The notes beneath the pieces are model-generated. The model was not told where the DNA came from and did not search any database. It worked only from the letters and a program-made list of their open reading frames with translations. Shown in pieces: positions 8,801 through 14,370 of a stretch of 20,000 nt of DNA; positions within the stretch are counted from its first letter, which is position 1, and each line of letters opens with the position of its first letter. The DNA is taken from IMG/VR virus record IMGVR_UViG_3300028797_000012; one strand, 5' to 3'. The translations under genes and the position numbers were made by a program. The stretch comes from an uncultured virus (IMG/VR IMGVR_UViG_3300028797_000012) (lineage: Duplodnaviria; Heunggongvirae; Uroviricota; Caudoviricetes).

Positions 8801-9073
8801 AGATCGCGCAAGAAGACCCCGTGCTGCCATTGCGCGGGGCACGACGGCTCGTGGAAGGCGATCTACAACCGCCGCCTACGCCGAATGTCCAACGTGGACA
8901 TGGAGAACGGTGTGTCCACCATCCCGGACGGCATGTACTACAGGCGGCTCAACTGCCCGTGGAACATCTCAGACCTCAAGGTCACGCACGTGACGTTCGC
9001 CGATTACTACGACCCTTGCAATGACGAGGCCAAGGAGCTCAACCTGTACCAGCGTTTTTACATCCGCAAGTGA
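8795..9073 (+). CDS. Small basic hypothetical protein (92 aa)
   Basis: GGAG SD and phage-like GC3 codon usage. MTRSRKKTP...NRRLRR...IPDG..YRR...WNISD...YIRK resembles, from memory, a recurrent family of uncharacterised phage small proteins (MSRSYKKxP...NRxVRR...WDIxD); not verified by search. Confidence 0.75.
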   Translation: MTRSRKKTPCCHCAGHDGSWKAIYNRRLRRMSNVDMENGVSTIPDGMYYRRLNCPWNISDLKVTHVTFADYYDPCNDEAKELNLYQRFYIRK

Positions 9074-9079
9074 TATAAT
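9071..9079 (+). promoter_or_regulatory. Consensus extended -10 promoter (TG-A-TATAAT)
   Basis: Perfect TGnTATAAT overlapping the stop codon of the 92-aa ORF, upstream of the structured RNA, HNH and tRNA unit. Confidence 0.65.
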
Positions 9080-9080
9080 T

Positions 9081-9145
9081 GGCACAGGACATCCTGCCCG
9101 ATGCCCTAACGGCCCCGCAGGGCCACGGCTCATAGCTTTGTGCCA
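9081..9145 (+). ncRNA. Putative cloverleaf-like four-way-junction RNA
   Basis: GGCACAG/TTGTGCC closing stem enclosing CATC/GATG, GGCCC/GGGCC and GGCT/AGCT hairpins. G-U pairs favour the + strand. No canonical T-loop or anticodon loop. Confidence 0.4.
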
Positions 9146-9218
9146 GAAAACGAAGCCCTCTTGGACGGCTGCGGAAACGTCCATGCGCATAACAAGTCTT
9201 CATTATATAAGGACAAAA

Positions 9219-9770
9219 ATGAGCCAGTTTAAGCATGGAACAGTTGTATACGATGGTGTTGACTATGCGCGAGGTATTATTAACGGTCGCGCTGTTTTAT
9301 ACCCGTTAGATAACGGGAAGATGAAAAGCAAGCAAAAGTTTATCTACGAGCATAGGCTTGTCTATGAAATTACCCATAACGAAAAACTAGAGAAGAACGA
9401 AATTGTCCATCACATTAATGGTGACAAAACAGATAATAGTCCAGAAAACTTAATTAAGATGGACGCAAGACAACATATCAGCATGCACTTGCAGGAGAGA
9501 AATGTAAGCGGCATGCATAAAACCGATCCGACTTACTGTATTGATTGCGGGAAAAAAATAACTTACATATCTAAAAGGTGTCCCGAATGTGCTCAAAAAG
9601 CAAGAATGATTCCAGGGCACCCCACAAAAGAACAGCTTGAAGAAATGTTACTCACTATGAATAACAGCCAAATTGCAAGACATTTTAATGTTTCTGATAC
9701 TGCGGTGAGGAAATGGCGAAAACGCTACGGATTGCCTCCTGCAAGAAAAGCAAAGCGGTTAGTTAGTTAA
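9219..9770 (+). CDS. Free-standing HNH (homing-type) endonuclease with Zn-ribbon and C-terminal HTH
   Basis: YEHRLV...IVHHINGDKTDNSPENL...H..MH (HNH_3-type); CIDC...CPEC; NSQIARHFNVSDTAVRKWRKRYG HTH. Markedly AT-rich compared with its flanks. SD AAGGA before ATG 9219, preferred over the ORF-track start at 9021. Confidence 0.9.
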   Translation: MSQFKHGTVVYDGVDYARGIINGRAVLYPLDNGKMKSKQKFIYEHRLVYEITHNEKLEKNEIVHHINGDKTDNSPENLIKMDARQHISMHLQERNVSGMHKTDPTYCIDCGKKITYISKRCPECAQKARMIPGHPTKEQLEEMLLTMNNSQIARHFNVSDTAVRKWRKRYGLPPARKAKRLVS

Positions 9771-9804
9771 CTGCACGCGGGTTCGAATCCCGTCTCCGCG
9801 ACCA
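9771..9804 (+). pseudogene. Orphan tRNA 3' half (T-arm, acceptor 3' strand, discriminator A, CCA)
   Basis: GCGGG-TTCGAAT-CCCGT-CTCCGCG-A-CCA begins 6 nt after the HNH stop codon. No adjacent 5' half or anticodon arm. Confidence 0.8.
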
Positions 9805-9805
9805 T

Positions 9806-9895
9806 GGAAGATTGGCAGAGTGGACGAATGCGGGCGGGTGCTAACCGTCTGGGCGCCGAAACGCCCCGGAGGTTCGAATCCTCCATCTTCCGCCA
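9806..9895 (+). tRNA. tRNA-Ser (anticodon GCT)
   Basis: Acceptor GGAAGAT/ATCTTCC, D-stem GCA/TGC, anticodon stem GGCGG/CCGTC with loop GTGCTAA (GCT at 9840-9842), long variable arm, T-arm GGAGG-TTCGAAT-CCTCC, discriminator G and encoded CCA. Confidence 0.95.
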
Positions 9896-9903
9896 GGGAA
9901 CAA

Positions 9904-9964
9904 CCCGCGGACCTTCGGGTGGCCGCGGGAACGCCCGTCGGGCTTCGGCTCGGCGGGCGCTTTT
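9904..9964 (+). terminator. Tandem UUCG-capped hairpins; the second is an intrinsic terminator
   Basis: CCCGCGG-ACC-TTCG-GGT-GG-CCGCGGG (9904-9929), then CGCCCGTCGGGC-TTCG-GCTCGGCGGGCG (9932-9959) followed by CTTTT. Confidence 0.8.
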
Positions 9965-9979
9965 ACGTCGTCCAGGGGT

Positions 9980-10209
9980 GGTCACATCTGGTCACATCTC
10001 AGGGGTTCTCAGGGGGTCTCAGAGATACTAGATGTTGAAAAAAGTCGAGATGAACGGCGTTCTGACCTGGTGTTATATACAGCCATGCCAAACTCTTAAT
10101 CCCAAGGTCCGGGGTTCGAGTCCCCGCCGGTCCACCACTTCTGAACTGCGAAAACGTCCGAATGTCGGGCGTTTTTCTCATATACGCCCGGTCACATCCG
10201 GTCACATCT
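9980..10209. other. attP: attP: core = 3' half of tRNA-Lys(CTT), with arm-type integrase sites on both sides
   Basis: Core 10092-10137 ACTCTTAATCCCAAGGTCCGGGGTTCGAGTCCCCGCCGGTCCACCA (anticodon loop CTCTTAA, T-arm, CCA; no 5' half). GGTCACATC(T/C) direct-repeat pairs at 9980/9990 and 10190/10200. TCTCAG repeats with 10-bp period at 9997, 10007 and 10017. Directly downstream of a tyrosine integrase. Confidence 0.9.
10150..10176 (+). terminator. Probably bidirectional intrinsic terminator after the att core
   Basis: GAAAACGTCCGA-ATG-TCGGGCGTTTTT. It would terminate the reconstituted host tRNA-Lys after integration, and integrase transcription on the other strand. Confidence 0.7.
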
Positions 10210-11308
10210 CAGAGGGCTTCACGGCGTCTCGGAGCACGACGCGCTCAGACACGGCGTCGTCGAGGGCCCTTGCGTTGGCGAGGTGCGCGGGCGCGTTCGC
10301 CGCGAAGTAGTGGTTGTAGTCCACTTGCAGGTTGGTGTGCCCGAGCGACTTCGATATGAGCGAGTCGGACGCGCCGATGCCCTGCATGATGGTGGCGTAG
10401 CTGTTGCGCAGGTTCTTCATGGGCACGTACTTGGCGTCCTTGCCCTGCATCAGCTTGCGGTACTCGCGGGACACGCGGTCGGGGCGCGTGCGGTTGCCGT
10501 TGGAGTCCGGGCAGAGCGGCCCTACGCCGGAGAGTTCGAGCATGCGGCCCGCTATGCTCCCGCCGAGGAACACCGTCCGCGTGGACTCCGCGGTCTTCGT
10601 CGGGCCGTCCACAAGCTTGCCGCGCACCTCCGTGAGCGTCTTGTCGACGCGGATCGAGCACATGCCGACGCCGAACTCGAAGTCCTCCCAGAACAGCGCG
10701 CACGCCTCCTCGCGGCGCAGGCCGCCGAACAGCATGACGAGCAGCACGGGCTCCCACTTCGACCCGCGCACGGCGTCGAGCCACGCGGGAACGTCGTCGA
10801 GCAGCAGCACGTCGGGCTGGTACGCGTTCATGCGCTTGAGGCGGATGCGGCGCGTCATCGGGTTGTCCTCGACCAGCTCGTCGCGGTACGCCTCGTTGTA
10901 CATCTGGCGCAGGAGCTTGTAGGCGTTGCGCTGGGCGCCGGGCTTCTCTATGGAGAGCAGCCCGTGCTCGACGTCGCGGGCCTTGAGCTCTGACATCTTC
11001 CTGTCGCCGAACAGCGGCTCGACCAGCCCGTTCCACGCGTACCTGTAGCTCGAAGCGGTGGACTCGGCGAGCGACGACAGCGTCGGCTCGTAGAACACCT
11101 TCCAGTACTCGCCGAGCGTTAGCTCGCACCCGTCGAGCTTGCCCTCGTCGAGCTTCATCTTAGCCAGGACGGCTTCGGCCTCAGAACGAGTTCCGCGCAC
11201 CCTCTTGACCTTGCGGGTACGGCCCCCGTCCTGTTTGGACTTGCCCTCTACGCTCACGCGGTAGTAATCCTTCCCGAGCCGCTGTATCGAGCCAATGGCT
11301 GACCTCAT
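10202..11308 (-). CDS. int: Tyrosine recombinase (phage integrase)
   Basis: N-terminal arm-binding region (GSIQRLGKDYYRVSV), GLRREEACALFWEDF (catalytic R), PTKT (K), KNLRNSYAT (variant of HxLRH), LGHTN...YNHY (H, catalytic Y). SD AAAGGAGG; adjacent to attP. Confidence 0.95.
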   Translation of the reverse strand: MRSAIGSIQRLGKDYYRVSVEGKSKQDGGRTRKVKRVRGTRSEAEAVLAKMKLDEGKLDGCELTLGEYWKVFYEPTLSSLAESTASSYRYAWNGLVEPLFGDRKMSELKARDVEHGLLSIEKPGAQRNAYKLLRQMYNEAYRDELVEDNPMTRRIRLKRMNAYQPDVLLLDDVPAWLDAVRGSKWEPVLLVMLFGGLRREEACALFWEDFEFGVGMCSIRVDKTLTEVRGKLVDGPTKTAESTRTVFLGGSIAGRMLELSGVGPLCPDSNGNRTRPDRVSREYRKLMQGKDAKYVPMKNLRNSYATIMQGIGASDSLISKSLGHTNLQVDYNHYFAANAPAHLANARALDDAVSERVVLRDAVKPSEM

Positions 11309-11353
11309 GACAACCTCCTTTATATATGCCGCGCGTACGCGCGCCTTATCGCG

Positions 11354-11707
11354 CTACTGTGCCGACAGCGACTCGGCAACCACCATGATGGCGTGCTTGT
11401 TCTGGTCGGTGCAGCGACGGTACAGATCGACCAGCGCCTTCTCGTCGTCGGCGAGCGCCATCGCCGTGTCGTCGGCTGGCTGGCCCGTGCCTGGCGCCGG
11501 GCCGATGATGTCGGTCTTCGGGACGCTGAACACGTTGGCGAGCTTCTCGACGGTGCCCATCCTCGGCTTGATGCGCCCGGATTCGTACTGCGATATCGCG
11601 GAGCGCGTCAATCCGAGCCTTTCGGCAAGCTGCGACTGCGACAGCTCCGCCGCGACCCTCAGCCTGTATATGTTCTCGCCGATCTCGTTGTTGTTCTCTT
11701 CGTCCAT
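11354..11707 (-). CDS. XRE-family HTH repressor (cI-like), lacking an S24 peptidase domain
   Basis: IGENIYRLRVAAELSQSQLAERLGLTRSAISQYESGRIKP HTH; divergent from the cro-like gene and co-oriented with int. Confidence 0.9.
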   Translation of the reverse strand: MDEENNNEIGENIYRLRVAAELSQSQLAERLGLTRSAISQYESGRIKPRMGTVEKLANVFSVPKTDIIGPAPGTGQPADDTAMALADDEKALVDLYRRCTDQNKHAIMVVAESLSAQ

Positions 11708-11746
11708 TGTGTCCGCCTGACTGTGAAAAAACTTAACATACTAAAC

Positions 11747-11775
11747 ATTTTAGTGATTTTAACTTGACAGCACAA
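11747..11775 (-). promoter_or_regulatory. Candidate repressor promoter (PRM-like)
   Basis: Minus strand TTGTGC - 17 nt - TAAAAT, overlapping the divergent lytic promoter. Confidence 0.45.
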
Positions 11776-11795
11776 GGGAGTAAGTTATACTAAAC
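11764..11795 (+). promoter_or_regulatory. Early lytic promoter (PR-like) with overlapping operator
   Basis: TTGACA (11764-11769) - 16 nt - TATACT (11786-11791). The quasi-palindrome GTAAGT-TAT-ACTAAA(C) covers the -10. Confidence 0.75.
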
Positions 11796-11818
11796 ACAGC
11801 AACTTGAAAGGGATGTAA

Positions 11819-12016
11819 ATGCAAACATTAAAAGAGGCACGCGAGGCCCGCGGCATCAAGCAGAAGGCCGTCGCAAACGCACTACAAGTCTCACGTCAGA
11901 CCTATTCAAACTACGAAAAGAACCCAGACACCATGCCGGTGTTCCGCGCCAAGGCTGCATGCAGCTTCATCGGGTGCGATATCAACGAAATTTTTTTCAG
12001 CTCAGGGGTAAGTTAA
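11819..12016 (+). CDS. Cro-like XRE HTH regulator
   Basis: LKEAREARGIKQKAVANALQVSRQTYSNYEKNP...CDINEIFF; 65 aa; SD GAAAGGGA; divergent from the repressor. Confidence 0.9.
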   Translation: MQTLKEAREARGIKQKAVANALQVSRQTYSNYEKNPDTMPVFRAKAACSFIGCDINEIFFSSGVS

Positions 12017-12022
12017 ACTAAC
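12008..12022. promoter_or_regulatory. Second operator-like quasi-palindrome over the cro stop codon
   Basis: GTAAGT-TAA-ACTAAC, 13/15 identical to the copy at 11780-11794. Confidence 0.6.
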
Positions 12023-12029
12023 CATTTCC

Positions 12030-12429
12030 AATGGTCCTGGGCATGACCGAGCGATAAACCGCCCCATCCTTCCTAACGCGCCCGCTGCTTCTCTCACCCC
12101 TCTCTTGGCAGCGGGCGCTATCGGGGAGCCATGAGAACTCGGCTGGCCCTCCGATAGCGCCCTAGCGGTGCAGAACCTTGAAAACGCCGTGGTCGCCACC
12201 ATCCGACCATCCCAAATAAACATTAGGTGGACATGGCTATGCGTAGCACTGGCTTGAAAACGATGGCACCCGGCCGATTGGGCGCACGATTGCGCGTGAC
12301 CACCTCACTCCTTTCCACGCGTGCCGACCCTCGGTCTGGGGATGCGCTTTCTTACGCACGCTTCTTCACGCCTCCTACGGACGGGCAAGGGCGGCGGCTG
12401 CGCCCAGCCGGACGGGTGCCAAGTCAAGC
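12030..12429 (+). ncRNA. Structured non-coding leader / putative sRNA cluster with boxA-like motifs and anti-SD loops
   Basis: No convincing CDS. Stems at 12078-12088/12108-12118, 12113-12124/12151-12162, 12264-12286/12399-12421 and 12292-12298/12316-12322. CTTGAAAAC at 12177 and 12253. Pyrimidine-rich loops. Confidence 0.65.
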
Positions 12430-12443
12430 GAAAGGGGGTCCAT

Positions 12444-12653
12444 GTGTTTTGGACTACAGTGCCCGAACTCGCAAGGGAAGGGCATATAAGCGTCGACCGG
12501 CTCTACGAGCTGGCACGGCGCGAGGAAGACCCACTGCCGTTGCGGTTCGTGGGGGAGGGCGCCCGCTACGGGCAGGTCCTCTGCTCCGAGATGGCCGAGT
12601 GGGTCAAACGCAACAGCGTCCTATACCGCGATAGGAACGCGAAGAATGGCTAA
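12444..12653 (+). CDS. Small excisionase-like winged-HTH DNA-binding protein
   Basis: GTG start after SD AAAGGGGG. TTVPELAREGHISVDRLYELARREEDPLP...EMAEWV has a MerR/Xis-like pattern, and the position after cro fits Xis. Confidence 0.6.
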   Translation: MFWTTVPELAREGHISVDRLYELARREEDPLPLRFVGEGARYGQVLCSEMAEWVKRNSVLYRDRNAKNG

Positions 12654-12837
12654 GAAAGAGAAGACGCCGCGCATCGGCAACTGCAACGGCGTCAAGGAAC
12701 AATACGGCGTAAACCGCAAGAACGAGACGATTATATCACAAGCCGAAAACTGGGAGCGCGGTACGCGCTGGGCAGGGATCGCGCTCGTTCTGATGTTTGT
12801 CGCCATGAGCTTAGGGAGCGTGATTTTCGGATGGTAG
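12646..12837 (+). CDS. Small protein with C-terminal TM helix
   Basis: Overlaps both neighbours; C-terminal WAGIALVLMFVAMSLGSVIFGW. Confidence 0.65.
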   Translation: MAKKEKTPRIGNCNGVKEQYGVNRKNETIISQAENWERGTRWAGIALVLMFVAMSLGSVIFGW

Positions 12838-13091
12838 ACATTTTCTTCGACGAGGCGGAGAAGAAGCAGATCAAGGAGCTTAACCGCCGCATAACTTTCG
12901 ACCTCTCGACAATCGACATGACACCGCTGGCGAAGGTCGCCGCACTCGTCTCGGTGCTTGAGCAGGAGGTCACGGGCATCTCGATGTTCTACGACGTCGT
13001 CAAGAAAGGCGACGACGCCGTGAACGCGTCGATGGACAAGCTCATCGATAAGATTCTCGGAACATCCGAGGACAGTGGTCCAAATGCCTAA
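12831..13091 (+). CDS. Hypothetical acidic helical protein
   Basis: Tightly packed in the operon, GGAG upstream, typical codon usage. Confidence 0.65.
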   Translation: MVDIFFDEAEKKQIKELNRRITFDLSTIDMTPLAKVAALVSVLEQEVTGISMFYDVVKKGDDAVNASMDKLIDKILGTSEDSGPNA

Positions 13092-13461
13092 GTGGCGCGA
13101 CGGCAAGCCGCCGTCGAAGACGCTCGTTTACGAGGACGGCCGGCAGCGGCTCGCCCACGTCGGCCTGTCCGACAGGCTCGGGTGCTTCTGCTACATGCTC
13201 GACACCCAGAACGTCGAGCGCTTCACGTTCCACCCGATGAACGACAGGGTCGCCGACGCCGAGGAGACGGCGCGGCGCGAGGCTGCCAAGGCGCGCCTTG
13301 CGGCGCTCTACGAGCAGGACGAGCGCGACCGCGCCAACAAGCTCGTGACGCTTTGCGAGGAACTGCTCGAAGAGGGCGAGTTCCCGACGGGCTACAAGTC
13401 GTCGTACAAATCGCGGCTCGCGAGCTGCAAGTACGAGCGCCGAGCGCGGAAAGACGAGTAG
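13084..13461 (+). CDS. Hypothetical protein
   Basis: ATG 13084 overlaps the upstream stop (alternative GTG at 13075); strong GC3 bias. Confidence 0.7.
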   Translation: MPKWRDGKPPSKTLVYEDGRQRLAHVGLSDRLGCFCYMLDTQNVERFTFHPMNDRVADAEETARREAAKARLAALYEQDERDRANKLVTLCEELLEEGEFPTGYKSSYKSRLASCKYERRARKDE

Positions 13462-13483
13462 AAACAGAAGGGGGCGATGGCTT

Positions 13484-14170
13484 ATCTCCATACCAATTGT
13501 AATCCTTGGCAACTCCGGCACCGGCAAGTCGTACTCGATGCGCAACTTCGACGAGGGCGACGTGGCGGTGCTCAACACCCAGGGGAAAATCCTGCCTTTC
13601 TTCGACAGGCAGCTCGAAACTATCAACATACCGTCGCTCGCGATGCGGCTTGAGCGCGAAAACGGCTACAAGCCGCTGCGAGTCGACATAGTGCAAAGCT
13701 GGCTCGTCAACCACCACGAGAAACGTTCTGTCGTGGTGGACGATGCCGGCTTCCTCATTTCCGAGGCGTGGGTGCGCTGGTCCACTGGTCCAGAGGCGTA
13801 CGACAACAAGTACCAGGTATACACGGACGTAGCCGCCCGCATGTGGAACCTCTTCCAAACGGTCATCGAGGACGGCGACGTGAGCCGCATCGTGTACTTC
13901 ATGTTCCACGAGGACAGGCTCGACGACGGCACGATCGATATCAAGACCGTGGGCAAGCTGCTCAACGAGAAGCTGATGATCCGCGGCCTGGTAACCTGCA
14001 CTTTCCAGAGCGTCAAGGAAGGCGACCGCTACGGCTTCCACACGAACAACGCGAACCCGGCGAAATGTCCACCTGGGCTCTTCAACGACGAGTTCATCGA
14101 CAATGACCTCAAGATGGTGGACAGCCGCATCCGCGAGGCGTATCGGCTGAACGAGCTCGCGACAGGGTAG
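13484..14170 (+). CDS. Phage AAA_24/Sak4-like ATPase (recombination); probable ATC start
   Basis: The frame extends upstream of ATG 13538 through SIPIVILGNSGTGKS (Walker A). Walker B SVVVDD, YFMFHE, KTVGKLLNEK and AKCPPGLF...IDNDL..VD..IREAY are typical of this family. Confidence 0.85.
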   Translation: MSIPIVILGNSGTGKSYSMRNFDEGDVAVLNTQGKILPFFDRQLETINIPSLAMRLERENGYKPLRVDIVQSWLVNHHEKRSVVVDDAGFLISEAWVRWSTGPEAYDNKYQVYTDVAARMWNLFQTVIEDGDVSRIVYFMFHEDRLDDGTIDIKTVGKLLNEKLMIRGLVTCTFQSVKEGDRYGFHTNNANPAKCPPGLFNDEFIDNDLKMVDSRIREAYRLNELATG

Positions 14171-14184
14171 GGGAGGTGTTGGCG

Positions 14185-14370
14185 ATGACTGCGTCTGCTG
14201 ACAAGTTCCCTCCCGAGAAGTTCAAGACGAGCTGGCTCTGCGGCAACTGCTGCGTCGAAATCGACTGGCCGTTCGAGCAGAGGTTCTGCGGGAACTGCGG
14301 CGAGGGCATCGATTGGGACGAGGTCTCGTCACCGCCCGAGCCGGATTACGACTGGAAGAGGGACCGCTAA
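14185..14370 (+). CDS. Small zinc-ribbon protein
   Basis: SD GGGAGGTG; CGNC...FCGNCGEGIDW (two CxxC pairs). Confidence 0.75.
   Translation: MTASADKFPPEKFKTSWLCGNCCVEIDWPFEQRFCGNCGEGIDWDEVSSPPEPDYDWKRDR

Noticed and set aside
9100..9136. Pistol-ribozyme-like words (GCCCTAA, AGGGCCACG)
   Set aside because: The words occur in the wrong order and the P1/pseudoknot pairing cannot be built; treated as coincidence.
9021..9218. N-terminal extension of the HNH ORF in the ORF track
   Set aside because: It overlaps the 92-aa gene, a promoter and a structured RNA; the composition shift and SD point to ATG 9219.
9146..9804. Group I intron or tmRNA around the HNH gene
   Set aside because: There is too little non-coding sequence for a group I core and I could not identify P7-type elements. 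The acceptor strand CTCCGCG lacks the alanine-identity stem of tmRNA. An Infernal search would settle it.
9833..9849. Amber suppressor reading (CTA) of the tRNA-Ser loop, which would pair neatly with the in-frame TAG at 8771
   Set aside because: The stem GGCGG/CCGTC fixes a 7-nt loop GTGCTAA with T33 and anticodon GCT; shifting the register to CTA breaks the stem. Many genes here also end in TAG, arguing against genome-wide recoding.
10092..10137. Functional tRNA-Lys gene
   Set aside because: No acceptor 5' strand, D-arm or 5' anticodon stem upstream; its position between arm repeats next to int identifies it as the attP core.
10245..11129. ORFs overlapping the integrase (10245-11129 -, 10283-10993 +, 10404-10922 +)
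   Set aside because: Same shadow-ORF artefact; the integrase frame carries all catalytic motifs.
12227..12634. ORFs 12227-12634 (+), 12002-12223 (-) and the 12321 extension across the structured leader
   Set aside because: No protein motifs and atypical codon usage, and the sequence is better explained by extensive base-pairing. Very small minus-strand ORFs behind the AGGAGG/GAAAGGAG complements cannot be fully excluded.
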